Origin: Oculina patagonica
Taxonomy: Eukaryota
NCBI RefSeq assembly: GCF_052425735.1
Contig: NC_135759.1
Location: 5,456,001 to 5,520,000, forward strand
Direction: 5' to 3'
Length of the DNA stretch: 64,000 nt
Positions 50,707-63,857 of the stretch are shown here, piece after piece. Below the pieces are notes generated by a model. It saw only the letters and a program-made list of their open reading frames with translations, searched no databases and had not been told where the DNA came from. Position numbers and translations under genes: made by a program. Within the stretch, counting starts at the first letter, position 1. Each line of letters begins with the position of its first letter.

Positions 50707-52389
50707 TTCCCTACGAAATAAAAAGTGAAACCGTTTATAAACATATTATACTTTGTTTGTAAAATAACAGCCAAACAGTTAAAAGACTCAATCAAAGAGG
50801 TCTATGACCTACTCGTGAATGCATTAGATATATTTGAATCGTTCCTTTGAACAGCATACTATCGTTGGAAATATTTATTATAGGGATTAATAATAATAAT
50901 CAACTTTATTAAAAGAGGGTAAACACATAACAGGTCGCTTAGGTATAAGAATTACTTTTTTCATATTTTTTATTGCTTAGTAAACCGATGGCTCAGTGGT
51001 ACAGCTCTGCGTTCTAAAGCGTGTGACCCGCGATCAACTCTCATACCCCGTAGCTACAGTTCTTTTTTTCTTCTTATTTTTTTTCCACGGATATTATATA
51101 CATATCTGTCTTGTATAGAGTTTCGTTACTCTTTTACTGATTATCCTTTAATAAATTGTGTCGTGCTCTAACCTTCCCAGTCTTTTAATAACACATAATC
51201 ACTGGTCATCGTTTCCGAATGTTCGCAATTATTAAAGTAAAGGCAATATTTCATCGTTTGGGAAAAGATTATTTCTCATTTACAGGGGTGAAGTATTTTC
51301 TACACGTATTTCTTTGAACTGATACCTTTGTAAAGCTGTATTTTTATTCACAGCCGAGGGAAAAGAAATTTAGAAAGCGCCCGTGAGCATACCTAATTTG
51401 CATAATGTTTACAACACATGGATGGACGGATGGCTCAACCTCCCCACTATACTCGTTCATTATGCATTCACGAGTAAAAAGCATTCTCATATTTTACGTG
51501 TTCTCGTTGCCATATATGGTCAAATGACGTTATAGTCCAATAATGAATCCTGGTCTTGCTTAACCTTGCGTAAGGTACAGACCTTTTGAGAAGGAGTAGC
51601 TATAGTTGAACAATTTCTTCTGAGTAAGAATTTTTTTAACCTTTCAGCTTTTTACCAATATATCCCTCTGCAAGTTTTTTCTTTTTTTTCTTTTTCAACA
51701 TCCATATGTTTACCAGGTGAGGCTTGTTTCAATTTTATTCGTGCTTACTTGTGTACGATTTTTTTTTACACTGTATCGGCTAGTTTTAATCATGCGAGAA
51801 TACTTTGCCGAATACTATACTTTACTCAGTCGCTTCTGTAGTACAAGTACATGAATTGATTTTTTTTCACTTTGAGTTGACTTTATTTGGCCTTGGGTTG
51901 ATTATCTGTTGCCGTGAGTTGATTTTCTTTGGTCGTAATTAAGTTGATTTTTTGATCCCTTGCTATGATCGATGTTCTGTGGTGAGTTTATTTCATATTG
52001 CCACTACATAAACTTATTTAAGTAAACTTTTCCGAAGTGCTCAGCAAAGACAAAACAGAAAAGATTGACCAAAATTAACTTTATTAAACTAAACTTGCTC
52101 TGTTCTTATTCTGCGCGGGCCATGAATACAAACTAGTGTACAGTAAAAGTTGTTCAAACTGTGCACATGACGAGATAAAAGATGACCACTGATTTATCCC
52201 AGAACAAATTTATACTTTATGTGTACGTGAGCAACCCATGAGTGCAGCGATGATGGTCAGAAGAGTGAGACGAGAATACTTAACCACGAAATATCACGAA
52301 ATATAAAGCAAAACAATAAGAGGACCGAGAAGCTATTTTATATTGCTAGAAAGCAGACAATTAATTATTATTTTGCTCTGCCTCAAGAA

Positions 52390-52550
52390 AATAGCCAAAT
52401 TTCGCTATTTTCAAATTCAGCCTAAAATAATAGACATCACAACGAGGCTCCGGGGAATAAACTCCACAAACTCTATAGTTTAGTCCCCGGAGCCTCGTCC
52501 TGAGGTCTATTGTTTTAGGCCGAATTTTAATATATCGAAATTGGGCTTTT
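52390..52550. repeat. Palindromic MITE
   Basis: aaattcagcctaaaataatagacatca...gaggctccgggga is mirrored by tccccggagcctcg...gtctattgttttaggccgaattt. Confidence 0.7.
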
Positions 52551-53139
52551 CGTTTTGCTGTGAGCATGTTTTGTTTTGCGATAAGAAATTCAGTTTAACC
52601 GTCAGCGATTTAATTTTTTTGCACCTATAGGGCGCCTTATACTTTAAGTGCTTTGGCCGCATATTTACCAGAAAGGAAACATTGTAAACTCCTGTTAAAA
52701 TTAAATGCGGGAGCTTCGCTTTTAGGGTTGCTTAAATTTATATATTTAGTTTCGAATTCAAGAAGTTAGAAATCCAAAAACTGTCGACAAAGCATGTAAA
52801 CATTTCTTAGGCCATTTTGAATTCATTTTCTAAGGGCAGGAAACCAATTTGAAGTCAAGCAGAACAAATTACCAATTCATTCTCCCGCCTCACCTGATGT
52901 CATTTCTAAGGTTCGGAGCAAAGTTAGAATATTAATGTTTCGAGCTAACGGCCGAGACGAACTATTAATATTAGTGAACTTTAGAAAGAAAAAATATGGA
53001 TGTCGTACATATTCATGTCATGTCTTTCCAAATCTGCAGAACATAGCCTGCCGCGGCCGCATTCTTTGTTTTCTATAAATAAGCTAGAGGCTGCTAGACG
53101 CAAGAAATTATTTCTAACCGCCTTATGACAAAAAAGTTG

Positions 53140-56100
53140 GTTGGAATTCTACAGTTGACTGACGTCTTCCCTTAATATGTCGTTATTAATACTATTACGG
53201 AGCAATGCTTAACGCACAATGTTTTGAACTAACAACCGTGATATCTTTGTTTGTTGAAGAGTCAACGCCGATTGATATCGATCGTGACTGAATCAGCGTC
53301 TATGCTGCACACCAAATTTTGTTCGAATTGGCCGAGAGAAGGCCAAATATTCTTTTGAGGTCATTCATGATCAACGAGAAAACTGAATAACCGATGATAC
53401 GGCACTGCCTTAATTTGCTGCAAAATTAATTTGGAGCCGGAGACCTTAACTGACCCATATTAACTATTCTAAACTGCAAATATATGTTCGGAATTGTGTT
53501 TTATCTCTTATTTATACGTAATTAAACTGCCTGGTACTTCATAGTACACAACTTTATTTACAAAAACGTGCTGTGCGAACTATTACCAACTCAGACTATC
53601 GAGAACATTCTGCCTCCTTATTTGCTAAACTGGGCATCTTAGATATCTTCCAAGTCAATGCATTGCAAATAGCTAAATTTATGTTTTACTATCATAACCA
53701 ATTATTGCCCCCGATGTTTCTCAATTTGTTTTCTACTTGTAGTCAAATACACAGTTATGACACAAGAATAGCCAAGTGTTATCGACCACATCACTGTCGT
53801 ACAAATCTAAAGCAGTTTACAATACTTTTCCAGGGCCCAAAAATTTGGAATTCTCTACCAGAATCGATCACTGGCCGGTTCGAGTAGCTTCTCTTCTTTT
53901 AAGAAAAAAATGATTAAATTTCTAATAAAATGAGTCTGAAATTGGCCTAGCTGCACATTCACAGCGAAATTACTAACATATTGCTAACCCGAGGTGGCCT
54001 CCCCCATAAGCCTTGTGGTTTCTTTGAGGTCTCATCGCCCTATCTATTTAGTTATTTTGTACGTATTAATTTCTAAAGTGGCAAATAAAATGATGATGAT
54101 GATGATCATGATGATGAACTAAGACACACACGGTCGCCATGACGAGAACGCTCACAATTTAGCTCAACTTATCTGCAGCGAATCAGTTCAAGATTGCACG
54201 AAGAAAGAAGAAAGGTTTCGTCAGTAACTTCAAGAAACTGGAAGCCTTACCTTGAAAGACAAGGAAGCCGCTAGAACCCTTCCTTCAAACTCTTGATCCA
54301 ATGTAAGAAAGCAACTGCAAGTTAATTGCCTGTAGCGAAGTAAACGCGACGTGCCAACAAAGCGGAAAAAGTTCAAGATAAATGGCTCATGGACGCAGGA
54401 AATTTTTCTATCGCCTTATCACAAATTAATTTGGTGGGAATGCGGTTGTTTATAACAAAGGGCCCGACAGACCGCTGAGAATTTTAAAGTTGTTTGTCCT
54501 TGTTTGAGCTCTTAGCTCTGAACTATTGTCCGGTTTCCATCGGTAGTAATATTTGGGTTTGTCTAATGACCATGATTTGGACCTTCGATCCATCAAGGTT
54601 ATAGTTTCATATTTTATTAGTTTTAGTTCTTCCGAATTTTTTCAGTGGCCGTTTACTTTTTATTTTGGTTTTTAATGTAGGTTTGTTTGTATTCGCTCTC
54701 TTAAGTCAGTCTCAGAATTGACTCAAGTTTTCCGGGGTCACCGAGATTCGTACCGAAATATGTGTACAATTTAGCTATATCAACGGTTGATGAACCTTCG
54801 AGGTTGTAGTCAGTAGTCAGTAAAAGTCAGTAGTTAGTCAGTCATAGCTGAAGACAATAAAGAAGCGAGAGAGAAGATTTGCGATGGAGTCCTGGCTACC
54901 TCTTGCACAGCTGATTGCCAAGCATTTCAACACAATCCTGAAATTGAACTTACAACCATGATATCTTTCTATGTCGATGAGCAAACGCCGGTCAATATAT
55001 ATCGATCGCGACTGATTCAGCGTTCTACAGATTAAACTTCCCTGAAACAATATCTCGTCATAACCTCGAGTTCCATACCACCATTTATACCACCATTTGC
55101 CAGATATACTGCACACTAAATTATATTCGCATTGACCGAGAGTAGGCCGAATATTCTTTTGAGGTCATCAATTCATGATCAAACAGTGATCAACGTGAAA
55201 ACGGAATAACCGATGATACGACACTGCCTTTATTTGCTGCAAAATTAATATGGAGCGGAGACCTTTACTGTCCCATATTAACTATTCTAAAATGCAAATA
55301 TATGTTCAAAATTTTGTTTTATCTCTTGTTGATACTGTAACTGCCTGGTACTTCATAGTACACAACTGAGACACACACGGTCGCCATGACGAGAACGCTC
55401 CCAATTTAGCTCAATTTATCTGCAGCGAATTTCAAGATTGCACGAAAAAAATATTCAAGGTTTTGTCAGTAACTCTAAAAAGCTGGAAGCCTTACCTTCA
55501 AAGACAAAAAAAGCCGTAAGAACTCTTCCTTCACTCTTGATCCAGTGCAAGCAAGCTGCTGCAAGATAATCGCCTGTAGCGAAGCAGATGCGACGCGCCA
55601 ACAAAGCAGAAAACGTTCAAGATAAATGGATCATGGACGCGGGAAATTTTCTTACCGCCTTATCACAAGATTAATTTGGTGGGATTGCAGTTGCTCTAAC
55701 TGCTTTTTTTTCAAAAATTGTTATCGTTATTAACATTGTTTCGGAGCAACGCTTTAAGCACAGTTGTTATAAAGCGTATATATTTTTTTACAATTGTGTG
55801 ATTTTACTTCATGATCAGTTGTTTATAATTCTGTAGCTAACGTGAGAATCTTGTGATTTAAAGGACCGACAGCCGGCTGAGAGATTTAAAGTTGTTTGTC
55901 TTAGTTCATTAACAGCTCTTAGCTCTGAACAATAGTTTCCATCGGTAGTCATGTTTGGGTTTATCTACTGACTTTGGTTTGACCTCCATATTTAGGTTCC
56001 TGTTATGGTTTCGTCTTCTATTAGTTTTAGTTCTTTCGAATTGGTCATTGGCCGTTTACTCTTTATGTTGGGTTTTGATAAAGGTCTGTTTGTATTCGCT

Positions 56101-57110
56101 TTCTTAAGTAAGTCCCAGAAGTGTCTCAAGTTTTCCGTGGTCACCCAGATTCGTACCGAAATATGTCTACAATTTCGCTATATAGTTAATGAACCTTCGA
56201 GGTTGTAGTCAGTAGTCAGAAAAAGTCAGTAGTAGGTCAGTCACAGCTGAAGACAATAAAGAAGTGAGAGAGAAGATTTGCGATAGAGTCTGATTACCTC
56301 TTGCACAGCTGATTGCCAAGCATTTCAACACAATCCTGTAATTGAACTAACAACCATGATATCTTTCTATGTCGATGAGCAAACGCCGGTCAATATATAT
56401 CGATCGCGACTGATTCAGCGTTCTACAGATTAAACTTCCCTGAAACAATATCTCGTCATAACCTCGAGTTCCATACCACCATTTATACCACCATTTGCCA
56501 GATATACTGCACACTAAATTATATTCGCATTGACCGAGAGTAGGCCGAATATTCTTTTGAGGTCATCAATTCATGATCAACGTGAAAACGGAATAACCGA
56601 TGACACGGCACTGCCTTTATTTGCTGCAAAATTAATTTGGAGCGGAGACCTTTACTGTCCCATATTAACTATTCTAAATTGCAAATATATGTTCAGAATT
56701 TTGTTATATTTTATCTTTTATTGGTACTGTAACTGCATGGTACCTGGGTACTTCATAGTACACAACTAAGACACACACGGTCGCCATGGCGAGAACGCTC
56801 CCAACTTAAATCCTGCAGCGAATTTCAAAACTGCACGAATTATAATATTCAAGGTTTTGTCAGTAACTTTAAAAAGCTGGAAGCCTTACCTTGAAAGACA
56901 AAAAAGCCGTAAGAACCCTTCCTTCAAACTCTTGTTCCAGTGCAAGCAAGCTACTGCAAGCTATTTATCGCCTGTAGCGAAACAGACGCGACGCGCCAAC
57001 AATGCGGAAAAAGTTCAAGATAAATGGCTCATGGACGCGGGAAATCTTTTTTCCGCCTTTAAGTTATTGCAAGATTAATTTGGTGAGATTGCAGTTGTTC
57101 TGAAAGCTTT
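53140..57110. repeat. Three tandem copies of a ~1.25-1.4 kb unit
   Basis: Shared landmarks, e.g. gaagccttaccttNaaagac at 54241, 55486 and 56880, and gacacacacggtcgccatg in each copy. Copies 2 and 3 are nearly identical over ~54840-55140 / ~56240-56540. Confidence 0.9.
53552..54116 (+). mobile_element. LINE 3' fragment inserted in tandem copy 1
   Basis: LQKRAVRTITNSDYREHS...QGPKIWNSLP, AATAAA and an (ATG)n tail. Flanked by aact; absent from copies 2 and 3. Confidence 0.8.
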
Positions 57111-57821
57111 TCTAAAATTCCCGAGGGATACTCAAAAACGTTTTGCACGGGGAGGCTCCGCCTAACAGAAAAGGGTTCTCCTTTCGTATACCTACATAGG
57201 AATACTGCAACCCCGACATAAAATCGCTCACTAAGAAGAAGGTAAACTCTGGATTTTGCCCGAGACCTTTCGTTGAAGCAGTTTTTTAAAGGACAGTAAA
57301 TGCCACCGTGTGCTTTCTGAAATTATTTAACTCCTTGCGGCTGGCATTAATGGGAACGTTAAACTTTCCCTGTGAATATATAGCTGGTGTAATAGCTGAT
57401 CCGCCGGACTCAGACAGAGAGAAAGAGACGAGAACCTTCGTGGTAACTGCAATAGTCGCGGAAGACAGGATTTCGACGTTATTTTCACGCTGACGCGAAA
57501 AGCAAGAAGGAGCACCACGCACAAGAAACCCTCAAATCTCAAAGGTCACGCTAGCGCTGTGGAGTGTCGAGATGTTGCCCTATCAAAGTCTGGTACCTAG
57601 AGTACTTCACAGTGCTTCACCACGACGGAAGTGGCCAAAAATGACATTTCAAATCTGTTATGTCTGTTTTATCTAGACAGTGTCGACGTTTGCAAAGATC
57701 GAAAACGAAAAAAAAATGAGATTTTCACGAAAAAAACAAAACAAATAATTCACGAGTCACGCAAAAAAAAATGTATAATAGCTTGGTACCGGAATTGTTT
57801 AACGCAAATAGTCATGATTAT

Positions 57822-57900
57822 GGAGGCGCGGTGGCCTAATGGTTAGTGCGCCGGACTCCGGATCAAGCGGTCCGGGTTCGAGCCCTGGCTGGGGTTACTG
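57822..57900 (+). mobile_element. tRNA-derived SINE head
   Basis: ggaggcgcggtggcctaatggttagtgcg...gggttcgagccc (A and B boxes). Confidence 0.6.
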
Positions 57901-58548
57901 TTAGTCACTGGAAAACTCACCTCATCACCATTGGCGAAAATGCCGTTTATTTAAAAATTGGTTCATGCTTAAGCGTACACTATCGAATCATGGTGCACGC
58001 GGGAAGTTTGGAGAGCACTCAAGAAGCTCTTGTGCACAACTAAAAGTATGAACCAATTGTTTTATAACATTGCCGGTAGAAATGTAGATCAAAACCTGCG
58101 CCAAAAACTCGCGCGAGTGAAAAAAAAATCTGGCGAAGTGATTTGCCCACGCGATCAGCGTGCACTATTGGATTTTATGCACGCTCACGTACACTGAATT
58201 TGATTGCGAGGCTCTTCTAGCTATGTTGTAATTTTTAATATAAAAAATGGCATGATGCTGGTGTAATGACCACGTCGGACATTGTAGACAAGGAAGGGAA
58301 GTTATTTAGTCTGAATTCAGGAAGAAGCAGGTGTGGTAACATACCAACTTTGTTGTTCTCTGAAAAGCGGTACCTCTTAGGGACTAACTGATGAACTACG
58401 TAGGGCGTCTGGTACCTCTGGGCTACTGTACATTTTATAGTTTCTTTCTCATGGCTGGATTACATTATCATGAATTGTGCATAAACATCCTCTTTCGCCA
58501 TTTGAGAATAAACCAGTTACAGAAGGAAATGAATCGTTTCGAAAGATA

Positions 58549-58651
58549 TGGATCGATTTCAATCGATCTATTTGGATCGATTTCAATCGATCGATTTTGG
58601 ATCGATCCGGATCGTTGCAGAATCGATCCGGATAGTCGATCTGGATCTTTT
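58549..58651. repeat. Left part of a GATC-rich minisatellite
   Basis: atcgatccggatc-type units; continues at 61487 beyond the inserted element. Confidence 0.7.
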
Positions 58652-58655
58652 TTAA

Positions 58656-61482
58656 CCCTTAGAATCCTAAGGTTCTGGTATTTTTTAAGCAGTTTTCTGG
58701 GCTTAAGCTAATCTGTCGAATTTCGTGATTGCATATAAGAAGCTCAAGTAAAAATGTGTGCTGTTTCAAAACACTGAGGGCTCAAAGTTTCATTGTGACG
58801 TCAGCATTCAACCGTTGCTTTCTTGGTGAGCGAGCATACGGGCTCGAATCTGGCGAATATTTCGTTTATAAGTGTTTTCTTCGAGTCATTTTCCACTGCA
58901 GAAGCCCCCAGGCTGGCATCATTAAGCTAGAATTCTGGGTAGAGGCAAACTTCTGAAAGAAACCAGAGGTGAGAGATGATTTGACGATGATTGGAACGCC
59001 AAAAACATTTGTATCTTTGGTTTTGGTCCGTCAATTATTAAGTGGATTAAAACCTTTTACTGTAAAATTGAAAGCTGTATTCTTAACAATGGCTGGTCAG
59101 GTAACTTCTTCCAGCCTCAAAGAGGTGTTAGGCAGGGCTGTCCTCTTTCACCATATTTATTTAAATTCTGGCAGCGGAGATATTGGCTTAGACAATCCGG
59201 AGTAACAGGAAAATAAAAGGTTTCTATGTAGACAGAAATGAAGTCAAGTTAAGAAAATATGCAGATTCGATGCAGATGATACTACTCTTATCCTAGACGG
59301 GTCAAAGGAGTCCCTAGTCGCAGCCTTACAAACTTTAGATGATTTCAGCAAGATCTCCGGCCTCAGGCTCAATGATAGTAAAACGGAAGCTCTTTGGATC
59401 GGCTCTAAGAGTGGGCAAGAAAAAAATTATGTACCAGGAAAAGACTTAAAATGGCCAAAATGCAAGGTAAAAGCACTTGGTTTATGGCTGTCAACCGATC
59501 CAGACCTGGCGATAATATTAAATTATAAAGAAAAAACTGAAAAAATTAGAAAGTTCTTAAGCTGCTGGCAATACCGTAGGCTCACGCTGCTAGGGAAAAT
59601 CACCGTAGTTAAAACACTGGCCGCATCACAGTTGGTTTATTTATTAGCGCCGCTGCATTCTAACCACCATGCTATAAAAGAAATAAACGACTTTTTCTAC
59701 CATTTCCTATGGAATGGTAAAGGTGACAAAATAAAGAGAAAGATTATGATTAACGATCCTGGAAATGGAGGTCTGAAAATGATTGATCTCTGCTCTTTTA
59801 ACAAATCTCTCAAAACAACTTGGGTAAAAAAGTACCTGGACACGACCAACAAGGGAAAATGGAAACTCCTCTTCGATATGGAACTTAAGAACTATGGCTG
59901 TGAAAATCTCTTCCGGTGTAACCTTAATGTTAATGACACAAAGAAAATGATAAAGGTCACGGATCCCTTCCTCAAGGAAATATTAGAATACTGGGCCGAA
60001 ATCAATTTTGAGCGCCAAGCAACTTCTGAAATCAATTTTCGCGAACAGAGTTTATGGTTCAACTCTTTAATAAGGGTTGATAACAAGCCAATGTTTTTTA
60101 AGGATTGGCTTGAAAAAGGTATAACGAAAGTTAAACACCTTCAAAGGACGGAAAACAACGGATTTCTGTCCCTTAATGATCTTGCTTCAAAGTACGACAT
60201 AAAATTACGTTCTCTCAGTTTCTATGGGTTATTATCAGCTGTAAAATCCCTTCGAAAAACCGTTACCGGAGCTGCTGAGATTAGAGAAGGCAACTCTGAA
60301 ACACTTTGCGACAAGATTATAAAAAGTCAAAGACCAGGCCCGTTAATTTACAAAAAGCTTATCAGTGCAAAAGGTCTAACCCCGAGCAACAGCCAAAACA
60401 AATGGCTTCAGGATTGCAATCTTTTAGATGAAAAAACTACTTTCAACTGGGAACAAGCGTACCTCATGGCACCATGTTATACCAAAAGCACCAAACTGAT
60501 CGAGTTCCAGTTTAAACTTTTGCATAGGCGCATACCAACAAACAAGTTCCTATTTAAAAATAGGAAGAAAAGAAAACGAAAATTGCACTTTTTGTCACAG
60601 TGCCTCAGAATCATTAATTCACCTTTTTTGGTCGTGTAGCGTTACATCCTCCTTTTGGAAAAGGGTGACTGACTGGCTTCAGGAAAACCTCTCGATAACA
60701 GGCGAATTCACTTTATTGAATACAACAGCATTGGGCCTGAGGCCGGATCCTCATTCAAAATATGCGCTTCAATTGAACTATGCTTTGTTGCTAGCGCGGT
60801 ATCACATATGGAAAAACATTTGTATCGAAACATGGTGGTTCATGAGTTAAGTTGTCTCTCTGGCCGTTCTGTGGATGGATTCCGAGACCTGCCAAGGCAA
60901 TTTGGACAACTTTTGACTTCCAAAGAATGCGTTCGGTGCAGTATTTTGCTGGTAGGATTGGGTGGCTCGACACTTATAAAAAATGTATGAAATAGAGGTG
61001 AGTGGACTAGCATTTCGCCGAAACGGCTGTATTACCCAGTCATTCCTTTCGGTCACCAATAAGGAAATTACAGGTTTGCAAGCATTGCTCTAATCGAATG
61101 GTAATTGCTCAGTCTGCTGAAAGATTGATGAGAAGTTTTCTTAGTGAACGGAAAGAAATAGGTTTGAAGTTTGCTGCAAATGTACACTTTTGGATTCGAA
61201 ATTATTTTTTCATTAAAAAAATTGGAGACAAAGATGTGCGTTTTTTGTTGTTGTCCCATGAAGTAGAAAACGGGCATTTTCGGAATTGTTGCAGAACAAA
61301 CAACCATATACAACGGCAATCTGGAGCTGTAGTCAGTTAGTTGGCTTTTAAAGCTTTGAAAATTATCACTTTGCCATAACGAGGGCTCATTACTATCAAT
61401 TGTCCAGATATGTGAAAGCTGCAGATTTTTTAATTACTGCCGGTATTTTCCACGCACATATGCGTTGTTAGGACTTAAAGGG
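58656..61482. mobile_element. piggyBac-type element (TTAA, CCC...GGG), decayed
   Basis: ttaa|cccttagaatccta and taggacttaaaggg|ttaa. The restored empty site gatctttttttaatcgaccc matches an uninterrupted repeat unit at ~61631. Confidence 0.75.
58990..60815 (+). mobile_element. L1/Tx1-group LINE fragment (RT pseudogene) nested in the piggyBac-type element
   Basis: FGFGPSIIKWI, RGVRQGCPLSPYLF, ADDTTL, FLWNGKGDKIKR..GGLKMID, FQFKLLHRRIPTN; several frameshifts. Confidence 0.88.
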
Positions 61483-61486
61483 TTAA

Positions 61487-61730
61487 TCGACCCGGGCCGT
61501 TTCTGAATCGATCCGAATCGTTTCCGAATGGATCCGGATCGTTGCCGAATCGATCCGGATCGTTGCCGAATCGATCCGGATCGTTGCCGAATCGATCCGG
61601 ATTGTTGCCGGATCGATCCGGATCGATCGGGATCTTTTTTAATCGACCCGGATCGTTTCTGAATCGACCCGGATCGTTTCCGAATCGATCCGGATCGTTT
61701 CCGAATTGATCCGGATCAATCCGAATCGAG
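61487..61730. repeat. 21-bp minisatellite (gatccggatcgttgccgaatc)n
   Basis: About 11 degenerate tandem units; produces the DPDRFGN-repeat ORF on the minus strand. Confidence 0.85.
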
Positions 61731-63414
61731 CAGCACAGAAGCAGTAACTGTGACCTCATACCATCGAGAAGACTGTCAAATACGTCATATGTTAGCCAAT
61801 AGTTTTTTTTATTATTTTCCGTGTTACATTACATTACATGTTGGTTGCAATATTTTAAATCAAATTGCTATGGTGTTAGTCTATGTTACTGTTTCAAATA
61901 TTTCATTGAAAGAAATTATTTTCAACAACACCAATCATCGAAAACAAATTGAATTCCACCGAATTTAAGGTGGCTCCGTAGTTATTGAAGGCGCACTCGT
62001 CCTGTCAAACTTTTCTTTATTACTTTTTCGGCTCTGACGCGATGGCTGAAATTTTGGAAACATTTTCGTCTATCATTCAGTAATATTTAATTTGATTGAA
62101 CTGGGGAAAATATTGTTAATATTACTTGTGTTTAACTTTTTTGACAAAATCGCATCCAGTAAAAAAAAAAAATTGCTGATATACTTCTGCTAAGTTTCTT
62201 GAAACAAATAAAAGCGGAGCTCCAGCGCGCTTCGCGCGCCAGTGGAGTACCATGGGGTAAGAAAATTTGGTAAACCCAGGAAGCCAAAAAACTGGTTATC
62301 GAGTGAGCGCACGCGTTTCTCTCTGGTACAGACTCTCGGAGAGGGGAAGGGGTTCACAAGGCAACCCGAGTGGGGGAAGGAGAATGCCATCTTATCATAC
62401 CCCAACGAACGTTAAGGTTAACGTCGGCTTGTTTCTTTAATATTGAACAGCCATGTTATGATCAATTGCCAGCTGTCAAAACAAGGTATCCGCTGACCAG
62501 TATCACTTGTCCATATTGCGGGTTCAGGTGTGCAGCTCATTGACGTCATGTATTTTTAGAAGCTGATCGCTGACCAGGTTATTGTTTTCCGTTGTATCGC
62601 GGGATCAAATCATACTTTTTTGTCTAGGGAAATGATAGGATTTTGAGCGCAATTTCTGCGATTAGAGTGACGATTTCTTTCTGCAATGGATCTTTCTTGA
62701 GTAGTAAACGTTAAATAACTTCAATAACAGTATTTTCAATGAGAGTATTTTAACAAAATTTTTAGAACCATAAAATAAGTGTGGAGCTCCGCTTTTAGGC
62801 TTGGCTAAATCTATATATTATTCACTTGACACATAACATAGCCAAGTTTCAGGAAAATCGTTGGAGCAGAAGTCCGGAAATACTAAGGTGATGTGAATTC
62901 AACTCTAACATTCTATTGAAAGTTTCTATGCTTGACGCTCGTCGACGAAACAAACCACGAACCCCAATTTTCGCAAGAAGCCTACCCAATGTTTGCTTAA
63001 TCAGAGTGCCTAGCCGATTGTTGATCGTGTGAACCGTTAAAAAGTATTCGCTAGTTCTGTAAACATAAAATGCTTGAAAACCTTCTCCAAACTCCAAAGT
63101 TGCGTTTTGCAACATTTTTCAAAAAATTATTCCGCAGTTTTGTGTCAAACTCTTTTCACCTGAATTTCAAGGTACTCCCATATTTTTGCATCGACTTTTG
63201 TTGCTGCCGTGCTGTAAGTTAGATATTGTTGTTGAGATTGTACGCTACTTCGCGACTGATCTCTGGCGAAGCAGGCGAGTAATTTTGATGATATAGTTAT
63301 GAATACGAAATGAGCTTGTACGTCGCTTATTCTCATAATTTGCATCTTCATAATGGGCGTCAGTGATATGCGCGTCAACCACCTCAGAAGGGGAGGATCA
63401 AAGAATTTACCCTA

Positions 63415-63755
63415 TACCGTAGAATTCCGGTTATAAGCCCTGGGCTTATACAACTTCGTAAGGGGTTTTGGGTGGGCTCATAAGCGGAAGGGCTTATATC
63501 CGGGAGGGCTTATAAGCGGAATGAAAAAAACGTTTCGAAAAGTGTCACGGGAGTATTGACTGAAATACGTTTTTAAGTTAAAAACGCATAATAAAGCAAC
63601 ATTTAGCCCTGTTCAGTACTGTCATCCGGTAGAGGGGGCCTTATATCCGGGGGGGCTTATAATCGGATGTATTTTTTTGTTTCCAGGTAGATGGGCCTAT
63701 AACCGGGGGGGCTTATAAGCGGGGGGGGGGGGCTTATAACCGGAATTTTACGGTA
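63415..63755. mobile_element. TA-flanked MITE with gggcttata subrepeats
   Basis: TIRs taccgtagaattccggttataagccc / gggcttataaccggaattttacggta. Confidence 0.85.
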
Positions 63756-63857
63756 TGTGTACCGTTTATAAAAATTGCAAGCACTAATGCAACTTGTTGC
63801 TGCTAGTGGCGGTTTGTGTTTTCGTAATCTTGTTGGCTGGACCTATTCTATCCATGA

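Noticed and set aside
57286-57542. Possible cadherin-like exon (DREKETRTFVVTA)
   Set aside because: Only a DRE word matches; no DxND motif, partner exons or convincing splice sites.
61475-61759. CRISPR-like array or DPDRFGN-repeat protein
   Set aside because: Contiguous 21-bp tandem units with no unique spacers, no cas genes and a eukaryotic context; it is a minisatellite.
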